Positions 49,351-57,971 of a stretch of 64,000 nt of DNA are shown here, in pieces. Source of the DNA: a bacterium (lineage in GTDB: Bacteria; Zhuqueibacterota; Zhuqueibacteria; Zhuqueibacterales; Zhuqueibacteraceae). How positions within the stretch are numbered: position 1 is the stretch's first letter; each line of letters starts with the position of its first letter. Location of the stretch: contig JBIOXB010000239.1 in the NCBI GenBank assembly GCA_044869275.1, forward strand, positions 18,843 to 82,842, in the 5' to 3' direction. The notes beneath the pieces were generated by a model. It was not told where the DNA came from. It did not search any database and saw only the letters and a program-made list of their open reading frames with translations. Both the position numbers and the translations under genes were made by a program.

Positions 49351-50607
49351 TTAGCCCACGTGCAATACTTCTGCCCCCCTCCCCTGCTGAATCAGCGGCA
49401 CGTAGCTTTCGAGCTCTTGTTGTACCGCCGCCGAGGTGAGATCGATGGTCTGCTTTCGTTCCGCCGCCATGTAGCCGGCCATGCAGAGCTTGGTGATCTC
49501 GAGGCCATAGCTCCATGTCAGCTTCGCCTCGCGACCGGAACGAAACGCTTCTGCGGCGTCTTCGAGTTCGTCGGTATAGCCGTAAATATCCGGCTCGTTG
49601 TATTGCACCGCGAGCAAGCCGCGCGAGGCCGTGGCTTTTTCCAAAGCGATCTCCGCATCTGCAACTGCTGCCGCGGCCTCATCGCCGATGAAGATTTGCA
49701 GCGGCGCGTTGAGTGTGTTGACTTCAAAAGCATAGCCCGGCCCCATGCCATCCATAAACAAGCGCAGACCCTGCTTCTCAAACATCCACGAGTTGGTGAA
49801 CTGCGCTTTGACGATTTGCCCGGTTTCAGGATTCTTAAAAGTGAGCATGCCCGTGGCAAAATCTTCCGCCGGTGTCTTGCCGTAATCTACGCCCATTTTT
49901 TGCTTCAACTTCTCGCGCCACCGTTTTTGCCCCCACTTGAGCAGGGAACAATCCGCAGAGATTGAAATCGGCTGCAAGAAAGTCTGCGGCTTGCCCAGCG
50001 GCGTCAGGCAATGCCAGCCCACGGCGATGCTGTGGCAGCCCATATCGGACAGCACGCCGCCGCCTTGCTTCGTGGGATCCCAAAACCACGGCTCGTGCGG
50101 CCCGCCATGTTCTTCCGCGGAGCGCACCAACACCAGCGGCCCCATGCTCTTTTGCTGCGGCGCCAATTGCTGCAATTGCGTGCGAATGGGCTTCATGAAA
50201 ATCTGATTTTCAAAGTAAGCGGTTCTGAGCTTGGCCTGTTGCGCGAGATCAACCAGGCGCCTCGCCTCTTTCACATTGCGCGCCAGAGGCTTCTCGCAGA
50301 TCAAACCCTGCAGTTTCGCTCCTTTTTTGACGGCTTCGGCAATGCGCTCGACGATTTCAATGCGGGTGAAGTTGGGTGAAAAAATTGCGATCATGTCAAC
50401 ATGCTGCGCCATTTCTCCGGCGTCGGCATAGACCGTGCCCTCTCCCAGGCCGGTGTCTTTGACCAGCTTTGCAAATGACCGAGCGGATGCGGCGGTCCTG
50501 GAGACGACGCCTGCGATTTCAAGGTCCCGCACTTGCATCATGGCCCGGGCGTGGAATTTGGCCACAAAACCCGCTCCGACAAAGCCCAGTTTTAGTACCT
50601 TCGGCAT
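49351..50607 (-). CDS. Gfo/Idh/MocA oxidoreductase (cytoplasmic)
   Basis: LGFVGAGFVAKFH, CEKPLA, GGGVLSDMGCH; RBS aaggaga. Confidence 0.9.
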   Translation of the reverse strand: MPKVLKLGFVGAGFVAKFHARAMMQVRDLEIAGVVSRTAASARSFAKLVKDTGLGEGTVYADAGEMAQHVDMIAIFSPNFTRIEIVERIAEAVKKGAKLQGLICEKPLARNVKEARRLVDLAQQAKLRTAYFENQIFMKPIRTQLQQLAPQQKSMGPLVLVRSAEEHGGPHEPWFWDPTKQGGGVLSDMGCHSIAVGWHCLTPLGKPQTFLQPISISADCSLLKWGQKRWREKLKQKMGVDYGKTPAEDFATGMLTFKNPETGQIVKAQFTNSWMFEKQGLRLFMDGMGPGYAFEVNTLNAPLQIFIGDEAAAAVADAEIALEKATASRGLLAVQYNEPDIYGYTDELEDAAEAFRSGREAKLTWSYGLEITKLCMAGYMAAERKQTIDLTSAAVQQELESYVPLIQQGRGAEVLHVG

Positions 50608-50707
50608 ATCTTCTCCTTCATGGGTTCCACAAACTCCGCCCTTCGCGAGGTTCGCGCGGATGGAGTTTCCATTTGCTATCGAAGAACAATATCGATACTA
50701 TGCCCCG

Positions 50708-51442
50708 ATGAATCTTTCCATTATCATACCCGTTTTTGAAGAACGCTCGAAAATCACCGGCGATATTCAAGCTGCTTCGGCTTTTTTACAGAATCATCGC
50801 CTAAGCGGAGAGGTCATCGTTGTCGATGACGGCAGCCGTGACCAGACCGCCGCCATTGCCCAAACCGCCGAATGCGCTGCCGGGGTGACGCTCCAGGTCA
50901 TTCATTATGATGAAAACCAAGGCAAGGGATTCGCCATTCGTACCGGAGTCCGCCATTCACATGCCGACTATCTTATGTTCGCCGACAGCGGACTGTGCGT
51001 GCCTTATGAAAATGCCCTGCGCGGGCTGAGCTTGATCAAAAGCGGCAGGTGCGATATCGCGCACGGCTCTCGCCGGCTGCCGCAAAGTCAAATTCTCAAA
51101 TCACAGACTTGGCAGCGCCGCCTCACGGCCAGGGTTTTCCGAGCGTTGGCAGTGCATTGCATGCACCTGCCCTCGTTCTTGACGGATACACAGTGTGGCT
51201 TCAAAATCTATCGCGGCGAGGTGGCGCGCGAGTTGTTTCGCGAGTGCGTGACCAAAGGCTTCTTATTTGATATTGAAATCATCCTGCGCGCGCAGAACAA
51301 AGGCTACAGCATTCAAGAATTCCCGATCACCTGGACGTGCGACCGCGACAGCCGCTTGTCGCTGGCGCGCAGCCCGCAGCAAATCTGGCGGGAATTGCAG
51401 CACCTCAAGCGCATGATCGAGCAAAAGCAATTCACCGGCTGA
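50708..51442 (+). CDS. GT2 polyprenyl-phosphate glycosyltransferase (Dol-P-Glc/Man synthase-like)
   Basis: LSIIIPVFEE, VVDDGSRD, NQGKGFA, FADSG, GSR, DTQCGFKIY, FDIEI. Confidence 0.88.
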   Translation: MNLSIIIPVFEERSKITGDIQAASAFLQNHRLSGEVIVVDDGSRDQTAAIAQTAECAAGVTLQVIHYDENQGKGFAIRTGVRHSHADYLMFADSGLCVPYENALRGLSLIKSGRCDIAHGSRRLPQSQILKSQTWQRRLTARVFRALAVHCMHLPSFLTDTQCGFKIYRGEVARELFRECVTKGFLFDIEIILRAQNKGYSIQEFPITWTCDRDSRLSLARSPQQIWRELQHLKRMIEQKQFTG

Positions 51443-51487
51443 TGCTGACGAGGAACACAAAAAACCTCTGATGAGTGTTTTTCAGCA

Positions 51488-52486
51488 TCAGGCTATTGCT
51501 TCCTCCTCCCATACGCCAAAGCGCCATTCCTTTTCGTCCTCCCCATCTGCGGTGAGGATCAACGCATGCACTTCCGGGTGGCGTTGGCAATACGCCTGAA
51601 TCTCGTCCGGCTCCATTATCATAAAAGCGGTTGAAATCGCGTCGGAAGTGGCGGCACTCGGAGTGATGACCCATGCCGCACGATTGCCGGTGAGCGGTTG
51701 CGCCGTGCGAGGATTGATGATGTGCCGCCCCTTTTGCAACCCCGATCCGCTTGCCGCTTGCTGGCACAGCCGTGGCTGAGTCAAGATCTGTTCGCGGCGG
51801 CGGGGGTTTGTGAATGTCAATGGCCAGCCTTTCTCGCTCGGCGGCGCGCCCAGGGCGAAAACAGAGCTGCGCCCGCCATGAATCAAAGCCCTCTCGATAT
51901 CCCACTCGCACAGTATTTTCGACATGAGATCAACTGCATAGCCCTTGCCGACCGCGCCGAGGTCGATATGGACGGGGCTTGCCTGCAGGGTCACGGTGTG
52001 CTCCGCCTCATCGAGTTCGAGAAGATGCATGCCGACGTTGCGGCGAGCTTCCGCCAGCTCGGCACCCGTGGGCGAGCGCAATGTTTTATCCGGATGCAGC
52101 CAGCATTGCAGCAATGTGCCAATGGTTACATCGAAAGCGCCGCTGGTGTCGTTGAAAACTTGCTGGGAGATTTTGAGGCATTCGAAAGCGTCCAGGCCAA
52201 TGCGCAATGGCAGCTTGGCGGCGAGATGGTTGATGCGCGTGACATCGCTGTTGGCGATAAACCGGCTTAATTCCTGCTCGAGACGATCCAGTTCGTTGAA
52301 CGCCTCTTGCGCCGCTTGCTCAGCGTAGCTGGCGTCGTCATCAATAATGAAGATTTCGAACACCGTAGCCATGGCCGGGTGGGAAAAACGATGCAAGTTG
52401 CGGATGCTACTGCCGGCACCAATAGCCAGCTCGAGGTTTTGTGCCATAGGATGCTCTTGGGAGGTCACATCGTTTCTATCGCTCAC
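51488..52486 (-). CDS. apbE: FAD:protein FMN transferase
   Basis: AMATVF, LSRF..SDV..IN, GAFDVT, IDLGAVGKGYAVD, HIINPRT, SDAISTAF; no signal peptide; alternative start 52447. Confidence 0.9.
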   Translation of the reverse strand: MSDRNDVTSQEHPMAQNLELAIGAGSSIRNLHRFSHPAMATVFEIFIIDDDASYAEQAAQEAFNELDRLEQELSRFIANSDVTRINHLAAKLPLRIGLDAFECLKISQQVFNDTSGAFDVTIGTLLQCWLHPDKTLRSPTGAELAEARRNVGMHLLELDEAEHTVTLQASPVHIDLGAVGKGYAVDLMSKILCEWDIERALIHGGRSSVFALGAPPSEKGWPLTFTNPRRREQILTQPRLCQQAASGSGLQKGRHIINPRTAQPLTGNRAAWVITPSAATSDAISTAFMIMEPDEIQAYCQRHPEVHALILTADGEDEKEWRFGVWEEEAIA

Positions 52487-52507
52487 AGAGGATCTTCTGC
52501 ATTCTGT

Positions 52508-54109
52508 TTATGGTGCTGAGGGCTCCTGCAAACGATCCCACCATTCCTTCCTGACATAGCCACGCAGCTCGACGCGGGGCCGCAATTCCATGTAAGTATT
52601 ATTGAAGAGCGGAACATAAAGATGTCTCTGGCCCGGGGGCGGCAATTCATACAGTCTGCGCAGCAGCGCCGGTTCGACTTTTGGCGAGGCCAGAATGAGC
52701 GGCGCAGCAGCCACGCCCTCATCGACTTGGTTCCACCAGCCGATGTTCCTGAACGCGCGCAGATACCACGGCAAAGGCCAATAATCGTCCCCGGGACATA
52801 TCACCTGCATGTATAAGCTGCTGCCATCCGGATGGATACGTGCGATTTCTTCTACGCGTTTGACGATGGCAAACACATCGTTGACCGGATGCGCGTAAAC
52901 ATAAGGATTCGCCGGGTCTTCGTAGTATTTGAAATTTGCCAGATAAGCTTGCCACGCCAGGTGTGTGCCGGCAAAGATCATCAGGGCCATAACCAGCATC
53001 CGCGCGATTTTGTGCGACAGCATCTGCATCAGCGCAGCCGCGCCAAAACCGGCGAGCAGAATCATGGCATGCAAAAAACTGATCAAATTCCACGGCGTTT
53101 TATAAGGGATCAATGAATAAAAGATCGTCATGAACAGGGCGTACCAGGTGAGAAAACGCGGCAAATCAGCATCGGCACGTGAACAGGCGCGTCTTTGAAA
53201 CGCCGCAACTCCTCCGATCATTGCCAATAGCAGAATCAGGGCCTCGCTCCAAACCGGATTTGTCCCGGCATCTAGGGAAAAAAAGGCAAGCACATTGAGA
53301 TAATAGTGCCAGGGATGAATGTGCGCCGGGTCGTGGCCGGCGCGGCTGAGATAGGTTTTATAAGTCAATACCGAATCCAGCACGCCCTGCGCATTCGAGA
53401 AAAAAGAGGAGAAAAATAGTATCGAGACCACTGCGGCTGCGCACAACGCTGCGGCAACGTGCCGGCCCTTGACCGCATTGGTGCATGTCACCAATATGGA
53501 TAATCCCTCTTTTTTACTTCGCTCCGCGGCGATGAGCATGAGCGCGAGCAGCATGGCAGCCCAGGCAATGACACTGGTTTCTTTCGTCGCGTGCATGAGA
53601 CCCAGAAAGACGCCGGTGGCAATCGCCCAGCCGCCGCCTGGTCTGCGCAGGTAGCGATAACCGCAGGCCAGCACGGCAAAGGTAAAGCACACGAGCAGCA
53701 TTTCTTGAATGTAATAGCGGCTGTAGTAGGCCATCGCCGGCGAGATGGCCGTGAGCAGAGCGGCAATACTCGCGGCGGTCTTGCCCAAACCGTTTACCAG
53801 GATCGCGGCACTCAAAACCAGCAAGGTGCCGAAGAAAACCGGCACCACGCGCAAGGTCGATTCTTTCACCTGCGTGAGCGTGTGCTCAGATCCCAGCCAG
53901 GCCGGTATCAGGGTCAAATAATTCAGCGTCGGGCCGTGATACTCGAAACTGTCATAGCGGTAGAATCCCTGCTCGAGCAACTGGCCAAACTTGATCGCAT
54001 GCACCGCTTCGTCGCCATGCATTGGGCGCTGCTCCAATTTCGGCAAACGCAACGCCAGCGCCACGGCCGTGGCCGCCAGGAACAGCAGCACGGTTGGTTT
54101 GTTTGACAT
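52508..54109 (-). CDS. GT-C / PMT-like membrane glycosyltransferase (TIGR03663/Agl23-like)
   Basis: RPMHGDEAVH, YRYD..YHGP, AISP...YYSRYYIQE, ATKET, HIHPWHYY, PYKTPW, WPLPWYLR; many TM segments. Confidence 0.85.
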   Translation of the reverse strand: MSNKPTVLLFLAATAVALALRLPKLEQRPMHGDEAVHAIKFGQLLEQGFYRYDSFEYHGPTLNYLTLIPAWLGSEHTLTQVKESTLRVVPVFFGTLLVLSAAILVNGLGKTAASIAALLTAISPAMAYYSRYYIQEMLLVCFTFAVLACGYRYLRRPGGGWAIATGVFLGLMHATKETSVIAWAAMLLALMLIAAERSKKEGLSILVTCTNAVKGRHVAAALCAAAVVSILFFSSFFSNAQGVLDSVLTYKTYLSRAGHDPAHIHPWHYYLNVLAFFSLDAGTNPVWSEALILLLAMIGGVAAFQRRACSRADADLPRFLTWYALFMTIFYSLIPYKTPWNLISFLHAMILLAGFGAAALMQMLSHKIARMLVMALMIFAGTHLAWQAYLANFKYYEDPANPYVYAHPVNDVFAIVKRVEEIARIHPDGSSLYMQVICPGDDYWPLPWYLRAFRNIGWWNQVDEGVAAAPLILASPKVEPALLRRLYELPPPGQRHLYVPLFNNTYMELRPRVELRGYVRKEWWDRLQEPSAP

Positions 54110-54120
54110 GGTTCAAGAAG

Positions 54121-54331
54121 TGGATCGCTGGACCACAGGACCACAGGATCACTGGATCACTGGATCACTGGATCACTGGATCGCTGGATCACTGGATCAC
54201 TGGATTGTTGGATTGTTGGATTATAATGTGCTGGCCGTGCGTAATCCAGTTCAATCCAATAATCCATCAATCCATCAATCCAACAATCCAACAATCCAAC
54301 AATCCATCAATCCATCAAATCCAACAATCCA
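54121..54331. repeat. Inverted octamer tandem arrays: 13x TGGATCAC-like, then about 12x CAATCCA-like
   Basis: Read directly from the sequence; lies between the lipoprotein and GT-C genes. Confidence 0.9.
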
Positions 54332-54335
54332 AGTT

Positions 54336-55214
54336 TCAGATAGCTCCCGCCGGCCGGCCATAAACGGCGACTTCGATGTAGTGGTTCAAGTCATCGTTAT
54401 TGTTGCCATTGCTGTACAGGCGCACAAAACGTCCCTGCACGCCTTTGGCATCCATGAGCTTGCCTTCGGAGGTTTCGACATAGTTCTTGTCTGTGCCGGC
54501 GCCCATTTTTTGTGTGTTGTCGTGATCGTTGTTGAATACCGTCACCACGTTGCTGGTGAAATCGGGATCCTCGGCAACCTGCACGATCACGTCAAAATAC
54601 ACCCGCGGCTGTTTGTGATAGTGCCAAACCAAAATAGCGTAGATCGTCTGCATTTTGCCGAGATCGATGGTCACACTCTGCAAAAAGGGGCCGAGCTCGA
54701 CGTAGCTCCCGTCGCCGGCTTCATTGTCACCGTCGGTGATCATTTTTACCTCGCCGATTACCGGCGCTTCATCCGAGCTGGTCACCGGCTTGCCCGAGGC
54801 CACATTGGTTGTGCCTTCGGGAGCGAGAAATTCTGGACGCGCCTTGCCCAGTGGTTTTTCCAAATTCGCCACTTGCAAATTCGTGGGCGTGCCAATGAAC
54901 ATGGGCTTGGGCAACTTGATGTCGAGTGCCCTCAGTTTCGTTTCGGCAACCGTCGCTGCCGGTGGTGCCGTCACTTCCTTCGCCGTTGCGGGAGCGGGTT
55001 CCGGTGTCGAAGTGGCGGTGGGCTGAGGCTGCGCCGGCGTTGCTGCCGGTTGCGCTGGCGGCGTTTCAACCGCCGCTTGCTGTGCCTGTGGTGTCGTCGA
55101 GCTCTGCTCGGAGGCTTCCTTCTTGCTGCAAGCTGCCACCAGCAGGCCGAAAGACATCAGCAAGGCGATCAGCAAATTCGGATTGGTTTTGATATTTTTG
55201 ATTGGCATTGGCAT
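54336..55214 (-). CDS. Lipoprotein with Pro/Ala/Thr-rich linker and discoidin (F5/8-like) domain
   Basis: Lipobox LVAA-C; QPAATPAQPQPTATSTPEPAPAT; NVASGKPVTSS, ITDGD, VTIDLG, GRFVRLYS, YIEVAVYG. Confidence 0.82.
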   Translation of the reverse strand: MPMPIKNIKTNPNLLIALLMSFGLLVAACSKKEASEQSSTTPQAQQAAVETPPAQPAATPAQPQPTATSTPEPAPATAKEVTAPPAATVAETKLRALDIKLPKPMFIGTPTNLQVANLEKPLGKARPEFLAPEGTTNVASGKPVTSSDEAPVIGEVKMITDGDNEAGDGSYVELGPFLQSVTIDLGKMQTIYAILVWHYHKQPRVYFDVIVQVAEDPDFTSNVVTVFNNDHDNTQKMGAGTDKNYVETSEGKLMDAKGVQGRFVRLYSNGNNNDDLNHYIEVAVYGRPAGAI

Positions 55215-55262
55215 CCTCTCCTTGAGTTGTGGAACGATGAATCAGATTTGAATTTGACGAAT

Positions 55263-55904
55263 CTAAGCGCGTTTTTTCGCCAATAGAAAGTAAGCGTGCA
55301 GTATCACCACCATCAGCAGCAACAGACCAGCATACCCGTGCACATGCAACAGCCACTCCTGGCCGGACGTGCCATAAAGCGGATACATCATCAAAACCGT
55401 CGAAATGATCACCAGCGCGGCCAGCAAAACACTTGCCCAGAAACAGAGCTTTTGCCAGACTGTCGGGCTGGTGAGCGGAATCTTGGAATTCTTCGTGGAG
55501 ATGCTCTGTTGCAGAGTCTCAAAATCGTTTTGGTTAAAAGAGTGGCGCCGCGCCCAAAACAAGGCGAGCGCTGCCACGCCAATGGCGAAGAGCGGCGCCA
55601 GCACAAGATGCAGCAGCAGTGGCACATTTGAAATGGACTGGCCGAAGATGATCACGGGCAGAAAGCCGGTAAGCGCCAGCACAAAAACACTGCCCAACGT
55701 AACCCAATAAGAGCACCGCATGAACGTGCCCAGGCGTGTGGGCGGCGAGAGCATGCGCCACTGCCGCAAATTGCTCACGAGGTCAGAACTCTGCTGGCGC
55801 AAGATCTGTTTCGTTTCAGCTACTCCCATGAGCTGCGCACGGAGCGCCCAAACAACGGCGGCAGCGAGGCCGGCAAGCCCGAGAAATGAAATGGCGCGAA
55901 ACAT
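55263..55904 (-). CDS. FdnI-like membrane cytochrome b subunit
   Basis: LALTGF, LLLH, WQKLCFW, LLHVH, ILHAY; about 5 TM segments. Confidence 0.72.
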   Translation of the reverse strand: MFRAISFLGLAGLAAAVVWALRAQLMGVAETKQILRQQSSDLVSNLRQWRMLSPPTRLGTFMRCSYWVTLGSVFVLALTGFLPVIIFGQSISNVPLLLHLVLAPLFAIGVAALALFWARRHSFNQNDFETLQQSISTKNSKIPLTSPTVWQKLCFWASVLLAALVIISTVLMMYPLYGTSGQEWLLHVHGYAGLLLLMVVILHAYFLLAKKRA

Positions 55905-55943
55905 AGTTGGTCTATGATGAAATGAATTGGAGTTTGGATTTCG

Positions 55944-57896
55944 TCATTTGAAGTTTTCTCCCAGCTCTTCGGCAGCTTTCATGATTTTGCTCAATCCTTG
56001 CAAGGCACCCCAGAGCAAAATACCCATCAAAATGGCGCCCATAACCATCAGCAACCCTTTCAGCAACGGGCGAAAAAAGAACGTGAAGGCGAAGAAACGT
56101 GCATAGAGGCCGCTCAGGCCTGCAAGTTCCGCCGTCGTGGTGTATCTTGAGTGTCGATCCACACGCACTGGCGAATCGACTTTAAGCTGGCTGAAGTAAA
56201 TGGAGGAATCGAGCGCGTGGCAATCTGCGCAACCCCGAGCGCCGAGCGACTGCGCTGCGGGCCGTACGTCGTGGCCGAGAGCCCAGGAATAGGGTTGCGC
56301 CGCGACATGATTCTCCTGTGACACTTTACCAGACTTCGTGAGGCGATAAAGCCGGCCGCCCGCGATATAGCCCACCTCTCTCTTGCTCGAATCCGTTGCG
56401 GAAAGCCGTTGCAACACTTGTGCGATGATCTTTTCATCAATCGTGAGCCAGTCTCCCGACCGTGTGGAATCGACGCCCGGGAACAGATCAGCCGCGAGCG
56501 CCCGCACTTCCGTGGGAGCGATCGGCGCGATCTTTTTGTTATTGAGGTTGGCCCAGAAGGCAGGCCAGATGATTTTATGTGGCGCAATCTTGCCGTTGTT
56601 ATCTCGCACAAAGGCCGGCGAGGCGATATGCGGCAAAGCAACGTCGGAACGATTCACACCATGTGTGCCCAGAGCATGGGCCTGCGAGGTTTTGACCAAC
56701 GGCACTTTTTCCGCGGGCCACGGTCCGGCATGACAGGCTGTGCAGGTCATTTTTTTAAAATGCAAAGTCGGAATGCCGGCGTGCTTCGGTGTGGGTGCAC
56801 CCAAACGTCCGGCCTGCGGCACTTGATGAGAATCGTCCGGCAAATGGCAACCCTGGCATGATAAGCTCGCAGCCGCTGGCTTCTGCGACGCTTGCGGCTC
56901 GCCTTCGAAACCACGCACCATGTTGTGATCGAGCCCGTTGCGATGGCAATCCACGCACAGCATGCCCGAGGTCAAATGAACGTCTTCTTCCGCCTCCCAA
57001 CGCCCGGCCTTGGGATCTCCCGCAATCTTGGTCGAATGACAGAAATAACATCTTTCAATTGGAATTCTTCTTTTGATGTCGAACAACACCTTGCCTTGGG
57101 CATTGAAGCGCGACTGATCATAAGTGAGCGAGGGCGCGGCCAGCTTGGGATCGTCCAGCGATTGGCCGGAATAAATATCGTAATTGTCGGGCACGTCTTT
57201 CGCGGCGCCGCGCACGCTGGCAAATCCAGTCGTGGCCGCAGCCGCCCAGCGGAAGTTTTGACGCGCAACTTGATTCGCGTATTCGGCTTGGTCATGCCCG
57301 GCCTCGGCATCGTGGCAACTCAGGCAGTTAATCTCAAGGCTGCCGGAGATCTGCCGTCGCAAAAATAGTTCGGGAGGATCGAAAGCCGCCTCCTCGCTGA
57401 TGCCACCGCCGGGCAGGTGCCGGCCAAACGCCAGCGTGAACTGCCAGGCGTTCATGCCGATTTGTTCGGGCCGGTAGGTTCCCGGCCAGCCGCGCCAGGA
57501 AAGGGGCAATTGCGTTCCGGTTCTTTGATCGAAGAGAATCCAGGGCTGGCCGCGCCGTCCTGCAGCGACGCTCGAATCTCCCGCATTGAAATGCCAGCCG
57601 GTGCGCACTTGCTCATAGTTGTGGCATTTTCCGCAGGTGACCTTGGTGGAAAAGGGCAGGAAGGGCCGGTCATTCGGCCGCACGAGCATGCTGTCGGCAT
57701 CATACAAATCGATGAGATGAACGGGGATGGAGCGATTGCCATCACTCACGTCACCGAGCTTGGGCGGCTGTTGGTGGTTTTGCGCGAACGCGCTTATGGT
57801 GGCCGTGATCAGAATACAAAGCAGCATTTTCAACGCATGCCTCGAGCAGGCCGGGATGAGATGGAGATGAGAGAAAAGCATTCTCGGGATGGTCAT
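55944..57896 (-). CDS. Membrane-anchored multiheme cytochrome c (7 CxxCH)
   Basis: CGKCH, CLSCH, CYFCH, CVDCH, CQGCH, CTACH, CADCH; signal peptide ending AFA; C-terminal TM; start uncertain (57962/57896). Confidence 0.9.
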   Translation of the reverse strand: MTIPRMLFSHLHLIPACSRHALKMLLCILITATISAFAQNHQQPPKLGDVSDGNRSIPVHLIDLYDADSMLVRPNDRPFLPFSTKVTCGKCHNYEQVRTGWHFNAGDSSVAAGRRGQPWILFDQRTGTQLPLSWRGWPGTYRPEQIGMNAWQFTLAFGRHLPGGGISEEAAFDPPELFLRRQISGSLEINCLSCHDAEAGHDQAEYANQVARQNFRWAAAATTGFASVRGAAKDVPDNYDIYSGQSLDDPKLAAPSLTYDQSRFNAQGKVLFDIKRRIPIERCYFCHSTKIAGDPKAGRWEAEEDVHLTSGMLCVDCHRNGLDHNMVRGFEGEPQASQKPAAASLSCQGCHLPDDSHQVPQAGRLGAPTPKHAGIPTLHFKKMTCTACHAGPWPAEKVPLVKTSQAHALGTHGVNRSDVALPHIASPAFVRDNNGKIAPHKIIWPAFWANLNNKKIAPIAPTEVRALAADLFPGVDSTRSGDWLTIDEKIIAQVLQRLSATDSSKREVGYIAGGRLYRLTKSGKVSQENHVAAQPYSWALGHDVRPAAQSLGARGCADCHALDSSIYFSQLKVDSPVRVDRHSRYTTTAELAGLSGLYARFFAFTFFFRPLLKGLLMVMGAILMGILLWGALQGLSKIMKAAEELGENFK

Positions 57897-57971
57897 TACG
57901 CGTTTGCTCGGTTGGTAAGAAATCTGCTCACAAGAATCACGGCAGCGGTGCACGAGCACCACGTTGCTTCA

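Noticed and set aside
50435..50707. N-terminal extension of GT2 overlapping the Gfo gene
   Set aside because: GT2 homology begins at MNLSIIIP (50708)
54121..54331. Possible CRISPR array
   Set aside because: Units are 8-bp tandem repeats without unique spacers; no cas genes
53991..55286. 431-aa plus-strand ORF with DHWITGSL repeats
   Set aside because: Translation of the octamer array plus the antisense of the lipoprotein gene
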